A stretch of DNA of 25,266 nt from an uncultured Hyphomicrobiales bacterium (GCA_964634885.1 CAZWLN010000025.1:35252-60517); one strand, 5' to 3'. Counted from the first letter of the stretch, positions 1 to 9,187 are shown. The notes: generated by a model not told the origin, from the sequence alone. A program made the numbers and translations.

Positions 1-30
1 AAGAACCCAGTGATTGCTTCTTCTTACTTT

Positions 31-650
31 AAAACTTGATGAACTTGAAAAACTTGATAAACTAAGAGACCCCATCCCGGCCTTCCCCAGTGGGGAAGGA
101 GGAAGAAAAACCTGTTTTTTCTTCTTTCTTTATGAACTTGATGAACAAAGAAGTCCAACCACCCCCTGCCCCCTCCTTATCCAAGGTGGGGAAAACCGCT
201 TTGGCTCAGCATTCTTCATTTTTCATTTGCAATTTGTAATTCGTAATTCGTAATTCGTAATTCAGAATTGGCTCCGCCGGTCTCGCTGCGCTCGGCTCAG
301 AATTCAGAATTTAGCATTCTTTAAGAACTTGATAAACTAATAGAACCCCATCCCTGCCTTCCCCAAGGGGAAGGAGAAAGAAACAGTAACTATTTCTTCT
401 TTCTTTACAAACTTTATGAACTTGATAGACTTGACGAACTTGATAAACTAACAGACCCCATCCCGGCCTTCCCCAAGGGGAAGGAGAAAGATGCGCCGGT
501 TCAGCTTCTTCTCTCTTTATAAACGTTATGAACTTGATAAACCTGATAAACTGACGTAGTCCAACCACCCCCTGCCCCCTCCTTATCCAAGGCGGGGGAA
601 ACCTCTTTAGTTTATCATTCGTAATTCGTCATTCGTCATTCGTAATTAGA
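31..650. repeat. Modular intergenic repeat array downstream of der. About 5 modules of GAACTTGAT-type 9-mer iterons plus a GC-rich hairpin. Hairpin A is CCTTCCCC-N1-2-GGGGAAGG at 81-99, 357-374 and 467-484. Hairpin B is CCCCCTCCTTATCCAAGG(T/C)GGGG at 169-191 and 575-597. A T/C-rich TTCTTCTTTCTTTA block recurs, and (GTAATTC)x4 heptad tracts lie at 236-263 and 621-648. The two largest copies, about 31-263 and 411-648, are roughly 85-90% identical by eye.
   Basis: Direct reading: repeated strings and palindromic arms were located by position. ORFs 14..253(+) and 311..568(-) lie wholly inside the repeats and are treated as artefacts. Confidence 0.8.
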
Positions 651-1982
651 CTAATCGTCATCCTTTTCGCGGTTACTGACGTTCTTCTTCTTAAACAGAA
701 GTGAGATGGGTGTGCCTACCAGGTCGCAGTGCTTTCGGATGGTCCTCTCGATGAACCTCTTGTACGAATCGGGTATCAGTTGCGGAAAATTGCAGAACAG
801 GGCGAATATTGGAGGTTCTGTCTTCACCTGGGTAATGTAGTTGATACGCAGGTCGCGGCCCTGTACCGAGGGCGGCGGGGTAAACTCAAGGTCCGGAAGG
901 ATCAATTGGTTCAGCTTCGACGTTGAGATTCTCGTTTCACGTCGTTCTTTGATCTGCTTTGCGTATTCCAGTATCTTGGAAATGCGCTGCTTTGTCAGCG
1001 CCGAGATGAAAAGGAGAGGCAGGTACTCATATGTTTTCATGGACTCGTAGAAGTCCTTCATGAACTTGTCAGCTGTTTTGTGGTCTTTCTCCACGATGTC
1101 CCATTTGTTAACCGCGATGAGCATCCCTTTGCGGTTCTCGTCAACCTGGTTGATGATCTTCTTGTCCTGGTCCTCGAGTCCGCGCTCTCCGTCCAGCATG
1201 ACGATGGCAACGTCGCAGCGCTCGATGGCCCGTGCAGTGCGGAAGATGCTGTACATCTCGATGTTCTCTTTCACCTGGCTCTTCTTTCGCAGTCCTGCCG
1301 TGTCGATCAGTACAATCTCTTCGCCGTAATATTTTACGATGCTGTCGATGGAATCGCGGGTAGTACCGGGGATGTCGGTAACAATCATCCTTTCCTCGCC
1401 CAGCAGGGCGTTCGTCAGGCTCGATTTACCGGCATTAGGCCTGCCGACAATTGCAATCTTCAGCCTTGGGTCAAATTCCTGCTTACCAATGTCCTTCAGG
1501 TGGCCTGCAATGGCGTCCATCATGTCGCCGGTATTCCTGCCGCTGAGGGCAGAGATCGGGAAAGGCTCGCCGATTCCGAGGGCATGGAATTCGAAGGCGT
1601 TAGCATCCTGTATCGCGTTGTCGCATTTGTTGACAACCAGGACAATAGGCTTTTTCGCCCTTCTGAGGATTCCGGCAATATCGTAATCATAGGCTGTGAT
1701 GCCGTCCCTGCCGTCGCAGACATAGACGATGACGTCGGCGTCGTCCATGGCAATATTCGCCTGTTCCCTGATGGCTTTCTCCATCTGATCCTCGGCGCCG
1801 GGGATGAACCCGCCGGTGTCGATGAGGGTAAAGTATTTGCCGTTCCAGTCGGATTCACCGAAAATCCTGTCCCTGGTAACGCCGGGAGTCGATTCGACGA
1901 TGGCTTCTTTGGAGCCGACCATGCGGTTAAAAAGTGTCGATTTGCCTACATTGGGCCTGCCAACTATTGCTACCAGGTTCAT
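651..1982 (-). CDS. der: GTPase Der/EngA (double Era-like GTPase domains plus C-terminal KH-like domain)
   Basis: 443-aa translation has two P-loops (GRPNVGKST and GRPNAGKSS), two DTAG/DTGG motifs, two NKxD motifs and a conserved C-terminal KH-like region, the classic EngA architecture. Confidence 0.93.
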   Translation of the reverse strand: MNLVAIVGRPNVGKSTLFNRMVGSKEAIVESTPGVTRDRIFGESDWNGKYFTLIDTGGFIPGAEDQMEKAIREQANIAMDDADVIVYVCDGRDGITAYDYDIAGILRRAKKPIVLVVNKCDNAIQDANAFEFHALGIGEPFPISALSGRNTGDMMDAIAGHLKDIGKQEFDPRLKIAIVGRPNAGKSSLTNALLGEERMIVTDIPGTTRDSIDSIVKYYGEEIVLIDTAGLRKKSQVKENIEMYSIFRTARAIERCDVAIVMLDGERGLEDQDKKIINQVDENRKGMLIAVNKWDIVEKDHKTADKFMKDFYESMKTYEYLPLLFISALTKQRISKILEYAKQIKERRETRISTSKLNQLILPDLEFTPPPSVQGRDLRINYITQVKTEPPIFALFCNFPQLIPDSYKRFIERTIRKHCDLVGTPISLLFKKKNVSNREKDDD

Positions 1983-2034
1983 AATTTATACTCCAATCAA
2001 TTTTTCATTTAATACTCGAAATATTTTATTGTAA

Positions 2035-2054
2035 AGACACAAAGCTTTGTGTCT
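2035..2054 (-). terminator. Perfect 20-bp palindrome AGACACAAAG|CTTTGTGTCT in the 91-bp hslU-der spacer. Candidate hslU terminator or attenuator, or an operator.
   Basis: Seen in sequence, 21 nt downstream of the hslU stop on the minus strand. It is followed on the minus strand by an A/U-rich stretch, not a clean U-tract. Confidence 0.3.
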
Positions 2055-2073
2055 CTACATTTTCTTGACAACA

Positions 2074-3498
2074 TTACAATATGAATTTACTCAGGTCCGT
2101 GTCGGTAATTATGTCTTTCAGGTTCTCTTTAACTTTTTCCGCATCGATGACGTAGTCCAGGCTTTCGATGTTGTCGGGAGCGTTGAACAGCAGGTTTTCC
2201 AGGAGCGTGGACATAATCGTATGCAGGCGGCGGGCGCCGATGTTTGTAATCTCGTCGTTTACTTTCGCAGCGATTGAAGCAACCTCCTTTACAGCATCAT
2301 CAGTGAACTCGAGCTTAATATTCTCAGATTCGCAGAGCGCCTTGTACTGCTTGATCAGCGCGAATTCCGGGATGGTAAGTATCTTCACGAAGTCGTCTTC
2401 CGTCAGGCTTTTCAGTTCAACCCTGATTGGGAACCTGCCCTGAAGTTCGGGTACGAGGTCCGAAGGTTTTGAAACATGGAAAGCGCCGGAGGCAATGAAC
2501 AGGATGTGCTCGGTTTTGACCGGGCCGTATTTTGTGTTGACCGTTGTACCTTCGACGATGGGCAGCAGGTCTCTCTGCACGCCTTCGCGGGACACTTCCG
2601 GGCCTTGGGACTGGCCGCGGGAGGCAATCTTGTCGATCTCGTCGATGAAGATAATGCCCGAATTTTCGGCGCGGCGTATTGCTTCCTTGACGGCAGCTTC
2701 CATATCTATCAATTTCTCGGATTCTTCTTTTTCCAGTACCTCCCTCGCTTCAGAAACTTTCATCCTGCGTTTTTTGTTCTTCTTCGGCAGTATGTTGCCG
2801 AAGAGGTCCTGGAGGTTCATGCCCATTTCGTCCATGCCGATGGGCCCCAGAACCTGGAGTGAGGGCATCTGATCGACAAGCACTTCAATTTCAATCTGCC
2901 TGTCGTCGAGTTTTCCTTCCCTGAGCATCTTACGGAACTTCTCGCGTGTCCTTTCATTGTCGTCGATCTCCTGCTCGGTAACCGTGTCGAACGAAGGGCC
3001 TCGTTTTACCGGCGGTATGAGGATGTCTATTATCCTGTTCTCGGAAGCAACCTTTGCTTCTTTCTTCTTATGAGTTGCAATCTCGTCCCGGACCATTGAA
3101 ACAGAACGCTCGACCAGGTCCCTGATCATCGATTCGACGTCCCTGCCGACATAGCCCACTTCGGTGAACTTGGTGGCTTCCACCTTAACGAAGGGAGCAC
3201 CGGCAAGGCGCGCCAGCCTGCGTGCAATCTCTGTTTTACCGACACCCGTAGGGCCAATCATGATGATGTTGTTGGGCATTATTTCGTCCCTTAGGTGTTT
3301 GGGGGCCTGCTGTCGGCGCCACCTGTTACGCAGGGCAATGGCGACGGCTTTCTTTGCTTCGCCCTGGCCAATGATGAATTTGTCCAGCTCTGAGACTATC
3401 TGGATGGGAGTCAGCTGCTGGTTTTTCTCTTGAATAATGAAATTGACGATGGCGTCTTTTTGTTCATCGCTCAGTTGGATGTCCGTTGAGTCTTTCAT
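2074..3498 (-). CDS. hslU: ATP-dependent protease ATPase subunit HslU (AAA+), with a ~28-aa N-terminal extension before the usual TP(I/R)EIVSELD start
   Basis: Walker A at [19 protein letters not shown]-domain insertion, and C-terminal SIAAK...[10 protein letters not shown]-like motifs. It sits 42 bp downstream of hslV. Confidence 0.93.
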   Translation of the reverse strand: MKDSTDIQLSDEQKDAIVNFIIQEKNQQLTPIQIVSELDKFIIGQGEAKKAVAIALRNRWRRQQAPKHLRDEIMPNNIIMIGPTGVGKTEIARRLARLAGAPFVKVEATKFTEVGYVGRDVESMIRDLVERSVSMVRDEIATHKKKEAKVASENRIIDILIPPVKRGPSFDTVTEQEIDDNERTREKFRKMLREGKLDDRQIEIEVLVDQMPSLQVLGPIGMDEMGMNLQDLFGNILPKKNKKRRMKVSEAREVLEKEESEKLIDMEAAVKEAIRRAENSGIIFIDEIDKIASRGQSQGPEVSREGVQRDLLPIVEGTTVNTKYGPVKTEHILFIASGAFHVSKPSDLVPELQGRFPIRVELKSLTEDDFVKILTIPEFALIKQYKALCESENIKLEFTDDAVKEVASIAAKVNDEITNIGARRLHTIMSTLLENLLFNAPDNIESLDYVIDAEKVKENLKDIITDTDLSKFIL

Positions 3499-3540
3499 TT
3501 TATTCCGGTGTATTAATTGATAACATAATAATTAAATTAT

Positions 3541-4092
3541 TTACAATGTTTCCATTGTGATATTGGAATTAGTATAAATGCAAATGTCCGAAGCAATCTT
3601 TAACGATTCTTCAACGATCTGCGGAGCTTTCATGTCGGTAAATTTCACCATGGAACGGGCAGCAGCCAGAGCATAGCTCCCGCCGGAGCCGATGGTGATG
3701 ATGTTGTCGTCTGGTTCGATGACGTCTCCGGTGCCGCTGATGAGCAGGACTTTCGTCTTGTCCATCACGGCGAGCATCGCTTCAAGGCGGCGGAGGTAAC
3801 GGTCTGTCCTCCAGTCCTTGGCAAGCTCGATGGATGCACGGTAGAGATTGCCCCGGTAGGACTCGAGTTTCTCCTCGAACCTCTGCAAAAGAGTGAATGC
3901 ATCGGCAGTAGCGCCTGCAAACCCGGCCAGAATCTTATTATCATAGAGTTTACGTACTTTCTTCGTCGTATGCTTCATGACGGTATTGTTGAAAGAGACC
4001 TGGCCGTCGGAGCCCATGGCCGCCTCGCCGTCCTTCAGAATGCCGATAACCGTTGTAGAGCGGATTATTACCGATTCTTTTTCAACTTTCAT
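3541..4092 (-). CDS. hslV: ATP-dependent protease subunit HslV (Ntn-hydrolase), with a 13-15-aa N-terminal propeptide-like extension before the catalytic Thr
   Basis: Translation ...[40 protein letters not shown]... matches the HslV core (GDGQV, KxRRL/KLY, GSGG). ATG is at 4092; the ORF track's start at 4098 is a TTG. There is no in-frame ATG/GTG/TTG immediately before TTV. Confidence 0.9.
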   Translation of the reverse strand: MKVEKESVIIRSTTVIGILKDGEAAMGSDGQVSFNNTVMKHTTKKVRKLYDNKILAGFAGATADAFTLLQRFEEKLESYRGNLYRASIELAKDWRTDRYLRRLEAMLAVMDKTKVLLISGTGDVIEPDDNIITIGSGGSYALAAARSMVKFTDMKAPQIVEESLKIASDICIYTNSNITMETL

Positions 4093-4094
4093 AG

Positions 4095-4799
4095 TCAATC
4101 CTTGTTTTTGTTTTTATTTATTATTTTTAAACCTTCCTTCACACTCAATGGTGAAAGTTCGGTGTTTTCTATGAAATCCTTAACAGACTGCGGGTCGGTT
4201 TTAGAATATTCCCTTAATGCCCAGCCGATTGCCTTCCTGATGAAGAAGTCTTTGTGGCCGGCTTCCCGTCGGATATAATCAAAGAGCAGGCTGCTGTCGG
4301 TCTTGTTCTTGTATTTCAACTGGAAGAGCAAAGCGCTCCTCTTGAGCCATATATTGTCGGAACGGATCCAGGCCTCAGTTACCACAGGTATGGCTTCGGG
4401 GCAGGCGATGAAATACCTGCCTGCAACAGAAGCTGCAACCAGGTCAACAGTGTCCCACCAGGATTTGTTGACGATCATATATTCTATTGTTACAATGTCT
4501 TCAGGTTTCAGTTTGAGCACCGGTTTTCCCATCATCTCCATCCCGCAGTACTGGTACTCCCGATAGGGTTGGGACCAGAACCAACAGATGCTCTTGTGTA
4601 TATCGGCAGTTGGGGGAAGCCCGTACTGGCGGAAGAACTCCCGCTGAAGCGACTTCCTGTTTTCGGACTTCAACCCGAGGAAATCGGAGACGTTCTTCAT
4701 ATACTTCTTCATTGCGGCAGCGTTGTTGTCGCAGCTGGCCGCTTCAAATGAAAGAGCCAACGGTTTAAAGTAATCATCTGTAAATCCGGTGGAAAACAT
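4095..4799 (-). CDS. DNA alkylation repair protein, AlkD/AlkC-like HEAT-repeat DNA glycosylase family
   Basis: ~235-aa all-helical protein with SWWDTVD and [12 protein letters not shown] motifs typical of PF08713. Start chosen at the internal Met ([11 protein letters not shown]...) because the longer ORF start at 4856 would overlap the upstream gene by 44 bp. The stop lies 2 nt from the hslV ATG. Confidence 0.6.
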   Translation of the reverse strand: MFSTGFTDDYFKPLALSFEAASCDNNAAAMKKYMKNVSDFLGLKSENRKSLQREFFRQYGLPPTADIHKSICWFWSQPYREYQYCGMEMMGKPVLKLKPEDIVTIEYMIVNKSWWDTVDLVAASVAGRYFIACPEAIPVVTEAWIRSDNIWLKRSALLFQLKYKNKTDSSLLFDYIRREAGHKDFFIRKAIGWALREYSKTDPQSVKDFIENTELSPLSVKEGLKIINKNKNKD

Positions 4800-4812
4800 A
4801 GGTATGTCCGGT

Positions 4813-6081
4813 CTATTCTTCGTAGCTGCGCTTAAATGGTTTAAACCAGGTCTCACCGATGCTTACATTGAAGAACATTTGTGCATAGATCTCATGTACC
4901 AAGCCGTTCTTTGTCGTTCCGCGGGAACCTACCGTCAATGACCAGTCAAAGGTTGTACTGTTAACGACAGGCATCGACATGCCGAAAGAACCGTATATTT
5001 CGTCTATGTCCGTGAACTTGCCTTCCGAGTTAAGCACCGAATAGTTCAACTGCTTGTAACCCAGGCCAAAATTATAGGTTACCTTGTCGGGGTATTTTGC
5101 ACCGGTCAACTCGCTGCCCAGCCTGGAAACACCAAGGCTGACGTTCATATAGTCCTTGAATTTGAACTTTGGCGAAAGCTGGTATTTGTAATTGGAATAG
5201 TCCTGCATTGTAAGGTCGGCGCCGAACAGGAACTTGCCTGTACGGTACGAAAGCCCGAAGCCGTATGAATCGGGCAGGGTATAGGGTGTACTGTATTCTA
5301 TTGTTGTATCCAGATCGTCGTAATTGTAATAGTATCTCAACCTGGTACTGGCTTTCATGTTCAACTGTTTTTCGTAAAATACCCCGAGGCCCAGCCCTTC
5401 GAAAGTGTAGTAAAGGCCGCCCCTGATTCCTGAGCCTGTGTAGTTATCGTCTTTTAAAGTAGCTGTCCCGATGGCAGTTTCGTCATAGGTCTCGGTAATC
5501 AGGTATGTGGCCACACTGCCGATGTTTGCAAAGGCCGACAGGCCTACGGACAAACCTTTGAAGGGCGAGACGGAAGCCCCGACGTATGCGTTGGAAAGGC
5601 CGCCTTTGCCGCTGTAAAGTGTACTGCCCTGTACTTCCATCGTGTCCACGACAACTTTGAAGCTGCCGGTGTTAAGGTAATCGACATGGCTGTAAGGAGA
5701 AAGGCCGAAACTGATTGTCAATCCCAATGACGTATCGATGCAAAGCAGGCCTGCAATCACATCGATGGAACCGTTGTTCTGGAACAATTCAGACTTACCC
5801 TGCTCTACATAGTACTGTGAAAACCTGTATCCCACCTGAAGTTTGGTCGATGTTACCAAACTCCACAATGCAGGATTCTTAGTATTAATGGCGCCGTTGG
5901 ACGGGATGGCAATCGAAGTGCCGCCAAGACCCTGGTAGTATGCACCTGTGGCTCCCATCAGGTCGCCTATGCCGAAGACTGAGTAATTAGAACCACCGGA
6001 AGAAAAACATTCATGGCCCGCCATTGTTAACAGCAGCGATAATACTGCAAAAAACCTGATATATATGCTTTTCATTATCAT
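4813..6081 (-). CDS. Putative outer-membrane beta-barrel protein with signal peptide and Gly/Tyr/Ser-rich amphipathic strands; family not identified
   Basis: N-terminal signal MIMKSIYIRFFAVLSLLLTMAGHE. Alternating hydrophobic/aromatic pattern with abundant G, Y, S, T is typical of OM barrels. The C-terminus (KRSYEE) does not end in an aromatic residue, which is unusual. It sits 5 nt downstream of the lipoprotein gene. Confidence 0.55.
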   Translation of the reverse strand: MIMKSIYIRFFAVLSLLLTMAGHECFSSGGSNYSVFGIGDLMGATGAYYQGLGGTSIAIPSNGAINTKNPALWSLVTSTKLQVGYRFSQYYVEQGKSELFQNNGSIDVIAGLLCIDTSLGLTISFGLSPYSHVDYLNTGSFKVVVDTMEVQGSTLYSGKGGLSNAYVGASVSPFKGLSVGLSAFANIGSVATYLITETYDETAIGTATLKDDNYTGSGIRGGLYYTFEGLGLGVFYEKQLNMKASTRLRYYYNYDDLDTTIEYSTPYTLPDSYGFGLSYRTGKFLFGADLTMQDYSNYKYQLSPKFKFKDYMNVSLGVSRLGSELTGAKYPDKVTYNFGLGYKQLNYSVLNSEGKFTDIDEIYGSFGMSMPVVNSTTFDWSLTVGSRGTTKNGLVHEIYAQMFFNVSIGETWFKPFKRSYEE

Positions 6082-6086
6082 CTTCT

Positions 6087-7457
6087 TTATTTTCCGCTTT
6101 TCTTAAAATCCGGTTTAACCGAGTATATTACCCTCAGCTTGGGCCGTTTACTTTTGTCGGCGTCTGCTCCGAAAAACACGAACCTGTCGGGCCGGAGATA
6201 GACCGTTGTCTCACGCGGCACCAGGTTGATTGTCCTGGGAATGGTGTCGGAACCTGTGGTCCACAGTTCCAGAGGCTTAATGAACTGGTAAAAAATAAAT
6301 TTATCTGATCCCAGGTATTTCGCATAGTTCTCGGTAAGTACCGTACCGGTTCTGCCTTCGTCGAAAGTTACGGCGTAGAGAATGGAGTCCACTGCCAGGT
6401 TGCCGAAGTAAGATTTCTCCCTGTCAAGTGTAAGCTCCAGTTCCGCCCTGTGGATGGACGCAAATTTGGGGATGTGATTGAGGTCGAATGTCAGTTCGCC
6501 GCGTGTTGTACGGAATCCCTGGAAAGCAAGGGATTTGTCGTCGTTCAACGGTGAGCAGTTGAAAAAGGTACCGTCAAGGACGACTTCCAGCTTGGTCGAA
6601 TCTTCCGTACCGCTGTCATTTTTAAACCTGATAATAAAATAGGGCTTGTAAGTAGTATCGCTGTTCGAGGATCCATAGAAGTTCCTAAGGACATTGACCC
6701 CCTGCCTGGGTACCAGTCCGATGCCCCAAATGGCGAGAGAATCGGGAATATTCAGGCTGTCCACAGTGCCTCCGGCGGCGATGATGCTGTCGATATTCCT
6801 CTGTTTTTTGATCATGTCCATTATCAAATCCCTGGCTTCTTCCAGCTTGAGATCCACTTTTACCATTGTCGGCAAACTGTCGGTAATGCTGATGGTACCG
6901 TTGAACTCACCCAGATGGTCACTGAAATGATCATCGGTGTTCATGCTGTTTTTTCCACCCGGAAAAACACTCGTGAAATCATCATCGCTGTCCCAGCGTT
7001 CTTCGATCTTATAAACATCGAAGGCGAACTGGGTTGTATTGGTGTCTCCCATCCTGTAGTCCGATGAATACATATACAAAGACACAGATTGGATGTCGCC
7101 CCGTTCAAGATGGACAAGAGAATCGGCTGTTGTACCGATCAGCGCCCTGAAGCTCTCGAACCTCATGAAAGTTACGGCAGCAAGGTCGGGATCGGCACTT
7201 GGAGCAAACCCAATCAGGTTGTAAGGGATTTTGAGCATTGGCTCCTGCCTGTAGTAGTTGGTTGTCGCCCTGATTATCTCGGAGTAAATGTCGGACGACA
7301 GGGGATAGACTGAGAGAGTATCATAGACGTACGAATTACCGGCTACTGTCGGAGAATCGCTGCAAGACTCCATGAAAAGAGCCGACGCGAACAACGTAAG
7401 AAAAAAAACAATGGAATTAATTTTCATGAATGGTTTGCATTTTTTCATATTTATCAA
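6087..7457 (-). CDS. Putative lipoprotein, ~456 aa, resembling the Bacteroidota DUF4270 family in size and context; function unknown
   Basis: Signal peptide then ...ALFMESC|SDSP (Cys followed by S-D, as in Bacteroidota lipoprotein export signals). The size (440-470 aa) and position directly downstream of glycogen synthase match my recollection of DUF4270 context. Not verified by search. Confidence 0.5.
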   Translation of the reverse strand: MINMKKCKPFMKINSIVFFLTLFASALFMESCSDSPTVAGNSYVYDTLSVYPLSSDIYSEIIRATTNYYRQEPMLKIPYNLIGFAPSADPDLAAVTFMRFESFRALIGTTADSLVHLERGDIQSVSLYMYSSDYRMGDTNTTQFAFDVYKIEERWDSDDDFTSVFPGGKNSMNTDDHFSDHLGEFNGTISITDSLPTMVKVDLKLEEARDLIMDMIKKQRNIDSIIAAGGTVDSLNIPDSLAIWGIGLVPRQGVNVLRNFYGSSNSDTTYKPYFIIRFKNDSGTEDSTKLEVVLDGTFFNCSPLNDDKSLAFQGFRTTRGELTFDLNHIPKFASIHRAELELTLDREKSYFGNLAVDSILYAVTFDEGRTGTVLTENYAKYLGSDKFIFYQFIKPLELWTTGSDTIPRTINLVPRETTVYLRPDRFVFFGADADKSKRPKLRVIYSVKPDFKKSGK

Positions 7458-7474
7458 ATTTTATTATCCTAACC

Positions 7475-8953
7475 TTACAACTCTTTCACCATAGACCGGT
7501 ATATCTCATCATACTTAATGACCGATTTGTTCCAAGACGTATCAGACTTCAGAGCATTGTCTGTAATCCTGAGCCAGTTCTCTTTGTTGTCGTAGGCAGC
7601 CATGGCTTCATTCACAGCAGCGACAAGAGCCTCCGCCGTGTATTCCTTGAACGCAAAACCGTTGCCTTTTTTTGTTTTCGCATTGAAGCCGGCGATGAAG
7701 TCACTCAAACCGCCGGTATTGCGTACAACCGGTACAGTGCCGTATGCGAGGGCATATAGTGAATACAGGCCGCTGGGTTCATGCTTGCCGGGCATCAGGA
7801 ACATATCGGAACCTGCAATGATATTGTGGGTTGTGTTGTCTTCGGGGCCGATCTTCAGGCCGATCTTTCCGGGGAAAGTACGTGCCAGTTTGCGAAGGTC
7901 TTTCTTGATCTCGGTTTCACCTTCACCAAAGATTACCATCTTGACATTGGACTTCATAAATTCGTTGGCAGCCTCGATGAGTACCGGATAGCCTGCGTCT
8001 TCGCAGATGTCGCCGAAGACACCGATGACCGGTGTTTTAGCGTCGTATTCCAGCCCGAAACTGTTAAGGAGGTCACGTTTGTTGGCATATTTATAATCTA
8101 TGAAATCGCCTCCGAGCTTTTCTTTGATGGATGTGTCGGTTTCAGGGTTCCATGTCCAATTGTCGATGCCGACATTCACACCCCGGAACTTGTCTTTCTT
8201 TTTCTTCAGCATGGCCGTCAGGCCGTTGCCGAGATCCTTATTGTTCAGTATCTCATCGGAGTATGCCTGGCTGATGGTTGTAATGTAGTCGGCATATTGA
8301 ATGCCGGCTTTCATGAAATTGAATGATTTATCATGAATGAAATTGGCCTGCTCGGAAGCAGGGAAATTCAGCTTGTCGAAAGTCGATTCGGGAAAGACAC
8401 CCTGGTCGAGGAAATCATGTATTGTAAACAGGAATTTTGTCTTTTTGAACTTGTCGGGAAAGAGTATCTTGGCGTAAGCCGGGATGACAGATGACTGCCA
8501 GCCGTTACAGTGTATAATGTCCGGGTACCAGCCGAGAATCATACAGGTTTCGATTACAGTCCTGCTGAAAAAGATGAACCTTTCGTCGTTGTCGGCGTAG
8601 TTGTCGCCTGTTTTCTGGCTGCTGTAAAAGCCTTTCTTAGCGTCGAAATACTTACTGTTTGTAGTAATGTATGCCTGGACTTTTGTGCGGGGGTTGTTCA
8701 GAGAGGAGGACTTGACTGTTGCCAGGTCAGAACCTTTGCCGATGGGGATTGCAATATCCCTCAGGCGGTTGATCTCGTGAATCTTATTCTTCCGTTCGGA
8801 CACAACACCGTACTTGGGTAGCATGACACGCAGGTCATGGCCGAAGTCGCGGACTGCCAGGGAAAACGAATAGGAAATGTCTGCTAGTATCCCTACCTTG
8901 GCGAAAGGTATTATCTCGCTCGTAACATATAATATACTTAATTGCTTAGCCAT
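7475..8953 (-). CDS. glgA: Glycogen/starch synthase (GT5, ADP-glucose type), with an atypical N-terminal K-x-G-G-L motif (AKVGILAD)
   Basis: 492 aa. N-terminus MAKQLSILYVTSEIIPFAKVGILAD is homologous to the GlgA start (SEvaPfaKTGGLaDV). C-terminal GT-B region has a GGL..TVPVV.. STGGL-like block (RNTGGLSD). Confidence 0.85.
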   Translation of the reverse strand: MAKQLSILYVTSEIIPFAKVGILADISYSFSLAVRDFGHDLRVMLPKYGVVSERKNKIHEINRLRDIAIPIGKGSDLATVKSSSLNNPRTKVQAYITTNSKYFDAKKGFYSSQKTGDNYADNDERFIFFSRTVIETCMILGWYPDIIHCNGWQSSVIPAYAKILFPDKFKKTKFLFTIHDFLDQGVFPESTFDKLNFPASEQANFIHDKSFNFMKAGIQYADYITTISQAYSDEILNNKDLGNGLTAMLKKKKDKFRGVNVGIDNWTWNPETDTSIKEKLGGDFIDYKYANKRDLLNSFGLEYDAKTPVIGVFGDICEDAGYPVLIEAANEFMKSNVKMVIFGEGETEIKKDLRKLARTFPGKIGLKIGPEDNTTHNIIAGSDMFLMPGKHEPSGLYSLYALAYGTVPVVRNTGGLSDFIAGFNAKTKKGNGFAFKEYTAEALVAAVNEAMAAYDNKENWLRITDNALKSDTSWNKSVIKYDEIYRSMVKEL

Positions 8954-9187
8954 TTTGCCATTATTAATAATTAATTTTAAATTACAACTAAATTAAAAAT
9001 ACAAATTTAGCTAAAAATACCTAATTATTGAAATTTAATGTTTCCTTATCTATTAAAAACAACACTCCGCTTCCATCATTTTTATACCATTTGTCCGTTG
9101 TTTGAACGTCTTAAGCGATAATTTATTATTAACTATAATATTTTTTAATATATTGCAATTTTTTATAAACTGGATTTGAAAATTTGA

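Noticed and set aside
14-568. ORFs 14..253(+) and 311..568(-)
   Set aside because: They lie entirely within the hairpin/iteron repeat array, and their translations are low-complexity read-through of repeats.
31-650. Possible CRISPR array, or alternatively a chromosomal or plasmid replication origin (9-mer iterons plus TTATCCA DnaA-box-like core)
   Set aside because: Repeat spacing is irregular (96-187 bp) and the 'spacers' are themselves repeated, so it is not a CRISPR array. Only the 7-bp DnaA-box core is present, there is no dnaA/dnaN or rep gene nearby and no clear 13-mer DUE, so an origin is unsupported. It is kept only as a low-probability idea inside the repeat finding.
1080-2012. 310-aa ORF on the plus strand
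   Set aside because: It lies antisense within der (a strongly supported GTPase) and has no recognisable domains. It is a shadow ORF.
4095-4856. Longer 253-aa version of the AlkD-like ORF
   Set aside because: The extended N-terminus (non-ATG start) would overlap the upstream beta-barrel gene by 44 bp. The internal Met at 4799 gives a typical family N-terminus and a 13-nt intergenic gap.
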